Below, piece by piece: positions 24,368 through 34,084 of a stretch of 35,053 nucleotides of DNA (position 1 is the first letter of the stretch; the number at the start of each line of letters is the position of its first letter). The notes under the pieces were generated by a model, which was not told the origin of the DNA, made no database searches, and was given only the letters and a program-made list of their open reading frames with translations. A program made the translations under genes and the position numbers. This DNA is from a virus (taxonomy: Duplodnaviria; Caudoviricetes): positions 1 through 35,053 of the IMG/VR virus record IMGVR_UViG_3300025018_000075. One strand, 5' to 3'.

Positions 24368-27187
24368 TTAATCGTTTAATAGTTTTTTAACCTTTTTCCC
24401 TCGCTCATAAACACTTCCGAATTGACCAACATTTTCTCCAGTTCCTCCAGTTGGGACTTCCTGTCCTTTGCCAAGATCATAGATAGCCTTCTGGTTGAAT
24501 TCTTCTCCGAGGATCTTAGCTCTACCAAGCCCAGCAGGAGTAACAACAACATCTAAATAAAGCTGTCCAGTTGATTCGTCTAACCATCCACCGATAGAAT
24601 TTTCAGGTTTTTTTAGAAGATCCTGATTGTTTCTGATGAATTTATAGATATCAGTCGGAGTAACTTTACCATCAAATATCTTGCTGCGCTCTGGATAAAT
24701 TGAAACTGAATAGACACTCTTGCCAGCTAGGTCAGAATTCCCCTTAATATTAAAGGTAAAACCGCCTTCGTTAGCTTTCGTGGCCAAGTCTTTCAAAATT
24801 GATTTATTCGCGTTAGCATTTATATTATATACTGCGGATCTATTTTTGTCAAGTCCAACAAAGTTTTGCTTGACTGGAATATAGTTTTTACTGTCTTTAG
24901 ACCAGGCCTCGCTATAATTCGCATCCTGTTTTTTACTTAGCTCATAAAGCTTAATCCGCTCCTCAGAAGTTAGATCCCTGACTGCTCGCGCTTCTTTTAT
25001 AACTCTAGATTCCTCGTATAGGATGTGGTTGGCTTTCTTAGCCCTGGCCATGTTAGCAGGAATAATCTGAATTTCTCCAGTAGTTCCGTTTGCTAGTTTA
25101 ACTTTGACAGTAATATCTCGATATCCCAAAGTCGGATCTTCGAGCCTGTTCTCAATCTTAATAACATTATAGTCCTTTTTAATATCGTCTAATAAATTAA
25201 GAGTCTTATTGAAATCGCTAGTTACAAAGTAGCCACGATTCATGTCTGTAATCTTTTCAAAGTTTCCGTTGTATTTATTGTAGGCTTTTTCGATAGCGCG
25301 GCCATCAGACTTGATGTTAGAAGAAGACAAGATCCCATACTTTCTTTCCAGGGTTAAAAACTTCTCAGAAAATTCCTGGGAATCAATATAAACATTTTTC
25401 TTAAAATTCATGTAGGTAGCTTTTTCCTCAGGACTCATTCTTTCTAACAGAGCGCGCTGGGCCTCGACATTCTGGTTAGTTTTAGTTGGATAGATTTTGA
25501 TTCCGTCTAATTCGGTGTTGCGGATAACTCCTTGCTTTTTTAAGAGAGCGATAGCTTCTTCCTGGGTATATAATTTAGATCCTAGATTGACTTTGTCAGA
25601 AGTCGAGTATTTACCCCCTACTGGGATATATTTAGGCGCTTCTAAAAGCCCAGCATTAGGGTTTTTAGGCATCGCTGGTTTTAAAATCTTAGGAGTTTTT
25701 GCTTTCTGTTTTTCGATAGCCTCAAAAATCTTTTTAACATACCGATTTGGGTTATTAAGATATTTATAAACCTCTTTTATCCCTCGGCCACCAAGCCCTC
25801 TAATCAAACTGGTAGGATCGATCACACCAGCTAAAATATCTCCACCAGTAAAAATATCTGTAAAGTCGATTAATCCTTTTTGATTCCTGCGTAGTTCAAG
25901 CGCCACCTGTCTAGCGACATCCTTTTCGATAGATTTAAGAGCGCCATATTCTAGCCTTAGAGGGCGATAAGCCTCCCCAGTGATCCTAGTTACCAGCTCA
26001 TCGAGGGATTGATTCAATTTGGAGGCCACAGAGGCATCCAGGCGAGCTTTAGCTTTATCGACACGACCTGCAAAGAACCCACCGAGGCTCTCATTCAAAT
26101 CTTTTATTCTAGATTGAATAACCTCAGGCGCTTTTCCTCCCAGTTCGCTCATTTCCGATATTAAATCATTGGCATACTTTCTGATCTGGGGGTTATAAGA
26201 AACATCCTCAGTAACTTTTACCAAGTCATCGATAATCGACTTAGCATTGAAAGTCGCGCCTTCTTTTCCAGCTCCGACAGCTAGATCGTTGTATTTTTTG
26301 AATATAGATGTTTTTACATCCTGAATAGCCTGGAGTAATTCTTGTCTGTTCTCAGGAAGTTTTTTACTCAGGTTACCAAGCTCGTCAGTTAGTTTAATGG
26401 CTTCTTTGTTATCCACGATTACCTCAAAAGCCTTGATAGCATCATCGTAATATTTACCAGAAGCAATATCCCCTATTTTACCTGAAAAACTAGGCTTGAT
26501 AGCCTTAGCGATATAATTGGTTAAATCTTGTTTGATAGGTTGGATGATCTTACTAAAACCAGCTCCAGCTCCGCCAATAGCGCCACCAAAAACAGCTCCG
26601 CCTAAACCTCCTTTGATAGCTCCCGCGAAAGCATTCTCGTCTTCTTGCAAAGCCTGACCAAATCCCATTAAAGATCCAGCCTCGGCTCCTATTTTAGCTC
26701 CCTGGCCGACAGATCTTAATATTCTAGCGCCAGTCCCTAATTGTTTAAGGCCCTGAGCGGCTGGTCCGACTGGAATAAACCATGATCCAATCTCAGTTCC
26801 AGTTCCGAATATTTCTTTATTGAATTGGCCAAATTGCTTTCCCATCGAAGCATTCGGATCTACTTTTTTTCCTAGAGGATCTACTTTTCCGAAATAACCA
26901 AAATTCATTGGCTCTGTCAGAGTTTTGTTAGCGCCAGCGGTATCTCCTTTGGCCAGCTGAACAGCCGATTTAATTGCGGTATATGGCGCAGACAAAGTTT
27001 TTAGAAAAGGCTTGGCTATTCCCTGGGCCAAAGACTGAATAAAACCAGGTTGAGCCACCTCAGAAGTTTTCTCAGGTGTTGCAGGTTGATTTATTCCTAG
27101 CTTATTAGCGACTTCTTCGATATCTTGAGGGGTTGGATTCCCATCAAAATTAACCTGAGTCCCATTAGAAAATTTTATGATAGCCAT
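24368..27187 (-). CDS. Large ejection-type/polyvalent virion protein with RelA/SpoT-like synthetase and C-terminal SAM-lyase-like domains
   Basis: N-terminal IKFSNG..V.F...PTPQDIEE, Gly/Ala hydrophobic segments, helical core; IKSDGRAIEK..Y, ITDMNR, GYRD, GEIQI; then GGWLD..TG.LYLDV..LG..FNQKAIYDL. Confidence 0.8.
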   Translation of the reverse strand: MAIIKFSNGTQVNFDGNPTPQDIEEVANKLGINQPATPEKTSEVAQPGFIQSLAQGIAKPFLKTLSAPYTAIKSAVQLAKGDTAGANKTLTEPMNFGYFGKVDPLGKKVDPNASMGKQFGQFNKEIFGTGTEIGSWFIPVGPAAQGLKQLGTGARILRSVGQGAKIGAEAGSLMGFGQALQEDENAFAGAIKGGLGGAVFGGAIGGAGAGFSKIIQPIKQDLTNYIAKAIKPSFSGKIGDIASGKYYDDAIKAFEVIVDNKEAIKLTDELGNLSKKLPENRQELLQAIQDVKTSIFKKYNDLAVGAGKEGATFNAKSIIDDLVKVTEDVSYNPQIRKYANDLISEMSELGGKAPEVIQSRIKDLNESLGGFFAGRVDKAKARLDASVASKLNQSLDELVTRITGEAYRPLRLEYGALKSIEKDVARQVALELRRNQKGLIDFTDIFTGGDILAGVIDPTSLIRGLGGRGIKEVYKYLNNPNRYVKKIFEAIEKQKAKTPKILKPAMPKNPNAGLLEAPKYIPVGGKYSTSDKVNLGSKLYTQEEAIALLKKQGVIRNTELDGIKIYPTKTNQNVEAQRALLERMSPEEKATYMNFKKNVYIDSQEFSEKFLTLERKYGILSSSNIKSDGRAIEKAYNKYNGNFEKITDMNRGYFVTSDFNKTLNLLDDIKKDYNVIKIENRLEDPTLGYRDITVKVKLANGTTGEIQIIPANMARAKKANHILYEESRVIKEARAVRDLTSEERIKLYELSKKQDANYSEAWSKDSKNYIPVKQNFVGLDKNRSAVYNINANANKSILKDLATKANEGGFTFNIKGNSDLAGKSVYSVSIYPERSKIFDGKVTPTDIYKFIRNNQDLLKKPENSIGGWLDESTGQLYLDVVVTPAGLGRAKILGEEFNQKAIYDLGKGQEVPTGGTGENVGQFGSVYERGKKVKKLLND

Positions 27188-27201
27188 ATTTTAAGTTTTA
27201 A

Positions 27202-29658
27202 TTATTGAATAACCTGCCATCCTAAACCAGTGGAAGTTTGTCCGCTGTTATTATCTCCTGTCGGATAATAAGTTGATTGATTAGGCGCGGTATATCCAGA
27301 AAAAATATCAGAGAACCCCATTTCTTGTAAAATCTTCATTGATTTATCAGAAATAAGTTGAGGCGGTTGTTGATTAGGAAGATTTATAATAGTTTCCCAT
27401 GACCCAGCCAAAGCTTCGAGTCTGCCTCTCATCAATTCTAAAAGGGTATTAATTGAAGTCTGCAACTGAGCTGGAGAATTACTTGAGCTGATATTTTCTC
27501 TCCACTGTTTGATTTCTTGATCAGTAGCTCCAGTCCCCTTAAATACATTAGCCATTTCTCCTTCTACCGCAGTGGCGGCTGTCTTGAATTTAGTAATACG
27601 AGGATCTCCGACTGCATTTAAAGTAGCATTTCCGATAGCATTCCATAATCTCAAACCACCATTTTCCAATTCAATCGAGGCATCGTTTAGTTCTTTAAGA
27701 TGCTGAATCGCGGTGTTAAGAGAAACCACATTTTTGTAATCCTTTCCACCAGGAGCGAAAGACTTTTTAGCCTGAGTTACCTGAGCATAAGAATTAATAT
27801 CAAATTCTGGGTTGATTAACTGCGCGAGATTAATAATAGATTGTCTTTTATTTCCTCTTAGGGAGGAAACTTTAGAGATATCTAGCCTATACTCAGCTAA
27901 ACCTTGAGCGACATTTCTGTCTTCTTGAGTAGCTGAAAGCCAAGCAGGTCGATCTATTGGATCTAGTGAGCTTAGAATATCTTGATTGTATTGCTGACCT
28001 TCTGACATACCACCAGCAGAAATTGAAGTTCCGCTCTCTTTTTTAGCCATAGCTTGAGCTAAAGTATCAATATTGATCTGACTAATAGGCGTATTCGCGT
28101 TTGCTCCAGTTTGTTGAGATATCTGATTTATATAAAGATTTGTATCATTTTCTGTCGGAGGAGCATATTTATTAATAAATTGTCCGAGAGTCAGTCCGCG
28201 AGAAGCATCGAGTTGTATTTGAGATTTTAAAGCTTCGTAGCCTGCTTCTGGAGTAGCAAACTTGGCAAAGCCTCCTTCTCCTTGAGTTGCTCCAGCCTGA
28301 CCGACAAATCTTAAATTTCCTGGGTTATTATTCCTATAAGCTAAAGTATTTTGTGGGATTGTAACCGCCCCACCGCCACCGAAGCTAGTATCAGACTCAG
28401 AGGCCTGTATTGTCGTAATTTCTCCAGTTACATTATTAAGAACAAAGTTTGTCCCTGTGATTGGAGTAAATTTATTTGTTTGAAGATAAGTCCCTGCGGC
28501 CTTTAGCGCATCCATTGGAGTCTTCGCAGTAGCGATCTTGTTTAGAACATCAGCAGTGGCTCCGTTTTTAGCAGCTTCTAGGCCCACACTTAGAACAGCA
28601 TTACGATCATCTTTGGCTTGATTTACTAGCGCAGTTCTTTCATTCAAAACAGTTACCAGCTGATCGGCCTGGGTCTTCTGAGCCGAAGTCAAATCTTGAT
28701 AATTAAGATCTATTTGAGCTTTTAATTTATTGATTTCGTTTTCTATCGGCTGGAATTCCATCGTTACAGTATCTAAAACAGTTTGCTGTGCAGTCGCGAT
28801 ATTACCTTGAATAGTTTGCGCCATTGAGGTTAGAGCGCCTACTTCCGCAGCTTGCTGTCTTCGGATCAGGCCTTCTTGACCACCAATCATAGAAGACATA
28901 ACAGCTCGGCCAGTATTATCGACACTAGCTCTTTCAAAAACTGAGTTTTTGGCAGATATCTGGGTCATTAAATCGGCTAAGTTCTTTTGCATTTCTGGGA
29001 ATCCAGATTCTTTTAACAACTCTGACTGACGAATCCCGAGCTGTCCGTATTTATCGATATTAGCTCCGTAATTATCAATCAAAGATTTTCTTTCTGCGGC
29101 CATAGCATCAGCCGAGGCTTTTAGTTCTTCTTGCTGTTTTTTAAGCCCAGCGTAATAAGGATCTAAATCATAATTAGGCACAGTCGATTCTGGTGTTTTA
29201 ATATCTGTAACATTCTGATTTAAATTATCTGTATTAATAGCTGTCGGACTTACTAACAAATCTGGTCGTTGGCCCAAATCTTTAGCGCCTTTATATTGAG
29301 AAACTAAAGTCGCGACATCTGGGATCTTAGTATTAGTGGCAGCATCATAGATATCGTTACCAACTCGATAAATTGATTTTGTAGGAGCAGTAGGCACAGA
29401 GAAAGAAGCTCCGCTGTTTACTGGTTGAATGGCTGACGAAGGAGTCAGCGAAGGTTGCGGAGTTTTTATAACACTGGGATTCAAATTCAATGCTGATCCT
29501 TTTAACAGGGAAGAAAGGTTAGCCTGAGCAGCAGCAGAGGTATTTAACTGAGGAGCTGGAGTCCCAGGAGAGTAAATAGCAGGAGAACTATACTTGATAG
29601 GTCCGCTGGTATTTAAAGTAGGTATTTTATTATTTAGTGTTGGTAATTTAATAGCCAT
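27202..29658 (-). CDS. Large ejection-type virion protein with lysozyme-like RNNNPGN domain
   Basis: P/S/T-rich N-terminus, coiled-coil, then AYRNNNPGNLRF..FAKFATPEAG..KYAPPTENDT..Y..AKKESG (~28025-28345). Confidence 0.8.
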   Translation of the reverse strand: MAIKLPTLNNKIPTLNTSGPIKYSSPAIYSPGTPAPQLNTSAAAQANLSSLLKGSALNLNPSVIKTPQPSLTPSSAIQPVNSGASFSVPTAPTKSIYRVGNDIYDAATNTKIPDVATLVSQYKGAKDLGQRPDLLVSPTAINTDNLNQNVTDIKTPESTVPNYDLDPYYAGLKKQQEELKASADAMAAERKSLIDNYGANIDKYGQLGIRQSELLKESGFPEMQKNLADLMTQISAKNSVFERASVDNTGRAVMSSMIGGQEGLIRRQQAAEVGALTSMAQTIQGNIATAQQTVLDTVTMEFQPIENEINKLKAQIDLNYQDLTSAQKTQADQLVTVLNERTALVNQAKDDRNAVLSVGLEAAKNGATADVLNKIATAKTPMDALKAAGTYLQTNKFTPITGTNFVLNNVTGEITTIQASESDTSFGGGGAVTIPQNTLAYRNNNPGNLRFVGQAGATQGEGGFAKFATPEAGYEALKSQIQLDASRGLTLGQFINKYAPPTENDTNLYINQISQQTGANANTPISQINIDTLAQAMAKKESGTSISAGGMSEGQQYNQDILSSLDPIDRPAWLSATQEDRNVAQGLAEYRLDISKVSSLRGNKRQSIINLAQLINPEFDINSYAQVTQAKKSFAPGGKDYKNVVSLNTAIQHLKELNDASIELENGGLRLWNAIGNATLNAVGDPRITKFKTAATAVEGEMANVFKGTGATDQEIKQWRENISSSNSPAQLQTSINTLLELMRGRLEALAGSWETIINLPNQQPPQLISDKSMKILQEMGFSDIFSGYTAPNQSTYYPTGDNNSGQTSTGLGWQVIQ

Positions 29659-29676
29659 ATTTTTAATTATTTATTA

Positions 29677-30297
29677 TTAACCTATACATTCCCACATATA
29701 ATCGCAGGCGATTGTAGTCGTGGTCCAATCAAAAGTGAATCCGTCTGCATCTATACTATCTAAATCTGCGACTGCTTTTCTGGCTCCATCAGTTCCGATT
29801 AAATCTACTAAATGTGCAGAAGCTGATTGCATATCCTTATTGATAGCTCCTGCTCTATAAAAATATATCAGACAATAAGGATCGGCTGTGGTTGATGCGT
29901 GTCCTCTAGAATGGGAAGAAATTGTGTATTGGTCAGGATCATCTACTTTATTAGCATATACTAGGATCAGCTTAGGGGTAAATCCTACTCCTGTTATAGC
30001 CTGAGTTCCGTTTGATGTTGGACTAGCCCCATAGCCTACCGCGATTTGAGTCGCTGGTGTAGGATTAATTTTTACCCAAGTTCCATTCATATACACCCAT
30101 AAGAAGCCGCCATCTTGAAGATAAAATTGCTCCTGAAAACTCTGAGGGGTATGAGTAGGGGCATTAGTATTTTTCAAATTCAATCTTCTTAATTTATCAA
30201 AGATTGTCGCGTTATCTAACCCCTGCATTTCTTCGGTTGATAATATTTTATTATCTACTGGGAGTTGAACATTTTGAATTTTATCTTTTTCTTCCAT
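29677..30297 (-). CDS. Tail/fibre-associated structural protein (likely start MEEKDK at 30297)
   Basis: LWVYMNGTW, GTQAITGVGFTPK, DADGFTFDW beta-rich motifs. Confidence 0.65.
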   Translation of the reverse strand: MEEKDKIQNVQLPVDNKILSTEEMQGLDNATIFDKLRRLNLKNTNAPTHTPQSFQEQFYLQDGGFLWVYMNGTWVKINPTPATQIAVGYGASPTSNGTQAITGVGFTPKLILVYANKVDDPDQYTISSHSRGHASTTADPYCLIYFYRAGAINKDMQSASAHLVDLIGTDGARKAVADLDSIDADGFTFDWTTTTIACDYMWECIG

Positions 30298-30298
30298 A

Positions 30299-32254
30299 TT
30301 AATAAATATCAATACTGTTTATAGAAATCGGGCAGGAGCTAGCTATCCCATGCACAATTATTTCAATAAACAATTTATCAGAAATTAAACCTTGATCAAT
30401 ATTGAATAAAATTGGATCTCCGAAATCATTTATACTGATAGTCTTCGATAATGGCTTCGTGCTTTTTACCCTAATTATTTTCAAATTAGAGGAGGCCGCC
30501 AGTAAAGAGCTAAGAGCAGGGCTCACTGTCCACACCTCGTTTGCGGTCCCTTTTTCGGCAATACTGGTAATAAATGTCCTTTCCCCAGCTAAAATAGTAT
30601 TAACATACTGAATTTCATCTCCGACAGTCCCAGATCTGACAGTCCCATTTACCGAAATCGTAGTGGTCGATGGAGTGGTGGTTGTTTGAACAAAACTCAT
30701 TATATTCCCCTTGCCAGCTCCGACATTAACTGAAATTTTAGTTTGTTGATAAGAAGAAATATCCCCTGCTATATTATTATCCACTCCGACATTCAAAGAA
30801 ATTTGTTTTATCTGAGATTTATAAGGGAGCTTAATAAAATACATAAATGATCTAGTCAGATATCCATTCCCATAGGAATAGTTATCTCTCAGAGAGCTTA
30901 ACCCTCCAGACAAACCGACATCAATCCCTGGTCGGAAATAAGAAGCAGAGTTAGAAGCATAGCTACTCAAAAATATTCCAGTAGGGATCCCGTATAATCT
31001 ACTTTTATAAATAATCGGAGTATAGCTCCATCCGAATTTTCTATTCCAAACATAAACACCAGGCATGGCGCGAGCATAATCCACACTGCTAGAATAAGTA
31101 ACGATTGATTCATTGATTACTTCTATTCCGTTAAAGTTTCTAGGTTGGATCGAAGTGTAATTAAGTAAAGATTTCCCAGAATAAGCTTGCAACTCTTGGA
31201 TCTGATATCCGTCTGTAAAATATATAGTGCTATTTAGAATGAAAACCCATCCATTTTTATAGTTTTTTACACAATTTATTTCGTCATCCACTTCCAAAAT
31301 GTTGTTAAAACCATCGGAATATCCATCCCATAGTAATAATCTGAACCCTTGGCTGATGGATCGAGCCGCGATTAACATTCTGTCTGTGTTGGTATCAAAA
31401 CAAGTGGCCTGAAACCCAGCTGGCAGAAGTTTATGATTAGCAGCAAAAGTTGATTCATCCGAAGATAGTTTTGCGATATATCCGCCATTCAAAGCATAAT
31501 AATTATCTCCAAATTGTTTTATCTGTCTGGACCAATAATTTCTACTTGGTTGGCCGACAAACAAAGGGAAAGTAACTCCGCTAGTAAAATCAAACTTCTG
31601 ATGCACAATAACTATAAATTCATCGTTAGCTGTATTGGCTAAAGCTCCGCTGGCAGTGAAAGTTAATTTATCGTTAGTCGCATCTCCGTTTCCGATAGCT
31701 GTGATAGCATAATTAGCGCCAGTTACTAAATTGGTAACATAATCATCAGTAGTTACTCCCAAAGTAGTAAAGTTTCTTCCAGCTGAGTCAATAATCGTAG
31801 TAGTAGATGACCCAGTTTTTACTTTTCCTCTAATCAAAAGGCCCATCGCTATATTGTTTGTAAAAAGAATATTCCCACTGATCATTTCATGAAGATCGGG
31901 CTTCTGACAAAATGTATAGTTTCCGACAGTCGGAGTTTTTCCAATATATCCATTATTAAAAGTGGTTAAAAGATAATTTTTTAGATAGAAGGACCCTTGA
32001 CTATCGAAACATAGTTTATAAACACTATTTCCGTTTAACCCTAAAACATATTTAACAGCCTGGATATCAGCCACATAGGGTTTAGGATCTCCAAAATTAG
32101 CATCTGCATTATCAAACCCTTTAAGGCTACCGAGGCCTTCTCTAAGCACTGATGCTCCGTTATCTTCGTCTGGTATGAATCCTTCGTTGAAAAAGACTCC
32201 GCCCTCGCCAGAACCAGAAAACTTATTTATTGATATTAGTGGTTTTTCTAACAT
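30299..32254 (-). CDS. Putative tail nozzle / tubular protein B-like structural protein
   Basis: 651 aa, beta-propeller-like (LLWDG, IYFTDG, GVYVW); lies ahead of the ejection-type genes. Confidence 0.6.
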   Translation of the reverse strand: MLEKPLISINKFSGSGEGGVFFNEGFIPDEDNGASVLREGLGSLKGFDNADANFGDPKPYVADIQAVKYVLGLNGNSVYKLCFDSQGSFYLKNYLLTTFNNGYIGKTPTVGNYTFCQKPDLHEMISGNILFTNNIAMGLLIRGKVKTGSSTTTIIDSAGRNFTTLGVTTDDYVTNLVTGANYAITAIGNGDATNDKLTFTASGALANTANDEFIVIVHQKFDFTSGVTFPLFVGQPSRNYWSRQIKQFGDNYYALNGGYIAKLSSDESTFAANHKLLPAGFQATCFDTNTDRMLIAARSISQGFRLLLWDGYSDGFNNILEVDDEINCVKNYKNGWVFILNSTIYFTDGYQIQELQAYSGKSLLNYTSIQPRNFNGIEVINESIVTYSSSVDYARAMPGVYVWNRKFGWSYTPIIYKSRLYGIPTGIFLSSYASNSASYFRPGIDVGLSGGLSSLRDNYSYGNGYLTRSFMYFIKLPYKSQIKQISLNVGVDNNIAGDISSYQQTKISVNVGAGKGNIMSFVQTTTTPSTTTISVNGTVRSGTVGDEIQYVNTILAGERTFITSIAEKGTANEVWTVSPALSSLLAASSNLKIIRVKSTKPLSKTISINDFGDPILFNIDQGLISDKLFIEIIVHGIASSCPISINSIDIY

Positions 32255-32255
32255 A

Positions 32256-33281
32256 TTATTGTATTGGCTCTAATTTCAAATTAACTTTAGGAAACATTTC
32301 CCACTGCTCCATGACTAGAGGCATGACTTTGCCTCCTGTATTTCCATTATTTCTAACCATGAAAGAGGCGAGAACCTTTTCTAAGTCATCGACAATTATA
32401 TTTCCATCCAAGTAAAGACCAAATCCTCCTGGAGCGGAAACTAATTGGATTAATGTGTTGTTTGCGATAGTTGGCTTTATCATATTTTTTTGGCTTATAT
32501 TAATTTTTAAACCTAGCGGATAAAAATCCTCCATTTTGCTCATCTCTTTTACTTGAGGATCATATTGGTCAATGATAGATATTGTTGAATATTGGCCGAA
32601 ATCTATCGCATGTCCTGAGCTTCCTGGGACTGGGTTATAATATTTTCCATTAGGGAGTCTATACCAAGCTTTTGTATAAACCTGGATCACTCCCTCCTTC
32701 GATGCTTCTTCGAAGTCAGGGACACTGACCCATTCATATTGTATATCAAATAACTTTGCAAATATAGCAGCAACCTCATCAGCCTTCGGATTAATAGTCG
32801 CGGCATTATAATAAGCTTCTTTATTGTTTACAGAAGGATCTCGATCTCCCATATTCCAATCACATAATAAAAGAGGCGCTAGACCAAAATGACGCGCATA
32901 TCCTGCCACGATATCTCCTCTATTCCCGAAATTAGGATCGGTTCCGCTTCTGACAACTAGCCACCGATTAGAAAGTCTAACTCGATTAACGATCATGTAA
33001 CCATTATTTCTGAGCCAATTAATATGACCATCGGAAAGCAAACCAAGTTCAATCATCCTGTCTAGAAGAATCTCGATTGCATTTGCGAAAGACCTAGAAA
33101 CACATCCGTAATCATCAAAATAAACACCGACCTGGCTTTCAAATACTGGAATATTAACTAAACAGCCATTTTCAAAAAGAATAGTCTTTTTAATTCCAGA
33201 CATTCCACCAAATTCGAAATCTGTTGGCTTTACTACTGGGGTTATTGCCCCCTGAGGAATTATTTTTTCTTCATTGTCCAT
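32256..33281 (-). CDS. Papain-like cysteine peptidase (likely start MDNEEK at 33281)
   Basis: ESQ..DYGCVSRS (Gln, Cys), LSNRWL, GHAI (His), IDQY (Asp). Confidence 0.7.
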   Translation of the reverse strand: MDNEEKIIPQGAITPVVKPTDFEFGGMSGIKKTILFENGCLVNIPVFESQVGVYFDDYGCVSRSFANAIEILLDRMIELGLLSDGHINWLRNNGYMIVNRVRLSNRWLVVRSGTDPNFGNRGDIVAGYARHFGLAPLLLCDWNMGDRDPSVNNKEAYYNAATINPKADEVAAIFAKLFDIQYEWVSVPDFEEASKEGVIQVYTKAWYRLPNGKYYNPVPGSSGHAIDFGQYSTISIIDQYDPQVKEMSKMEDFYPLGLKINISQKNMIKPTIANNTLIQLVSAPGGFGLYLDGNIIVDDLEKVLASFMVRNNGNTGGKVMPLVMEQWEMFPKVNLKLEPIQ

Positions 33282-33406
33282 ATTATTTGAATTATGCTTG
33301 ATATTAAAAAGGCTATAAATCCTACTAATAAAGACCACCAGAGATTACAGTCGTAGAAAATTGCGGTGTAGAAAGCTATTGCGAAAATTAAATAACATAT
33401 AAACAT
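33260..33406 (-). CDS. Small two-TM membrane protein (48 aa)
   Basis: MFICYLIFAIAFYTAIFYDCNLWWSLLVGFIAFLISSIIQIIWTMKKK*. Not in the ORF track. Confidence 0.6.
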   Translation of the reverse strand: MFICYLIFAIAFYTAIFYDCNLWWSLLVGFIAFLISSIIQIIWTMKKK

Positions 33407-33407
33407 A

Positions 33408-33749
33408 TCATTTTCGAGGAAGCCTCTCCTCTAAGATTGTAAATAATTTAGCCAAACTTTTGTCCTGATCAGTCAGTCTTATCTCAATATGTTTTATGTC
33501 ATTCTCTTGCAATAGCAGCAGTGTCTTGTTAAGGGAGGCAATATTATCGTTTATATGGCCAATTCGTTCATCCATCAAAGTATCTAGAGCGGTATGCTTG
33601 AAAACACATCCCTGTTTAATTGAAGCTATTTCAGAGTCTTGTTTTATATTTGGATCTTTAATTCCACTACTAAAATCTAAAATTGTTTTAATAAGCGTAA
33701 CTGTTCCTAATACTATCACAAATATTTCTGGCCAAGATAATCCAAACAT
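33408..33749 (-). CDS. Membrane-anchored coiled-coil protein (lysis-module-like)
   Basis: N-terminal TM IFVIVLGTVTLI, then an amphipathic helix ending LFTILEERLP. Confidence 0.75.
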   Translation of the reverse strand: MFGLSWPEIFVIVLGTVTLIKTILDFSSGIKDPNIKQDSEIASIKQGCVFKHTALDTLMDERIGHINDNIASLNKTLLLLQENDIKHIEIRLTDQDKSLAKLFTILEERLPRK

Positions 33750-33752
33750 AAA

Positions 33753-34067
33753 TTATTTTTTATCAATCTTTACGATTGGTTTATTAACTTCTACCGCACT
33801 GGAGCTATACTTATATACTCCAATTTGGACCATTATGAAGGCCCAGATAGAGCGGTAAAAAGCATCAATAACCACAGGCCAGACATCAGTTAGTTGCTGA
33901 ATGGTCGGAAAGCTCGTATTAAACAGCTCATTGATTATCGGACTGGCAAAAAGTATCCCGAAGAAAATACCTGTGAAAGATAAGACAGATGACTTAATGA
34001 AGTGTCCGAGCTTTGTTGTGTTGAAAAATAACACGACACCATCCCAGACTTTTTTTAATTTTTCCAT
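33753..34067 (-). CDS. Holin-like membrane protein (likely start MEKLKK at 34067)
   Basis: Two hydrophobic segments and a basic C-terminus. Confidence 0.6.
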   Translation of the reverse strand: MEKLKKVWDGVVLFFNTTKLGHFIKSSVLSFTGIFFGILFASPIINELFNTSFPTIQQLTDVWPVVIDAFYRSIWAFIMVQIGVYKYSSSAVEVNKPIVKIDKK

Positions 34068-34084
34068 AATATTTTGATTACATT

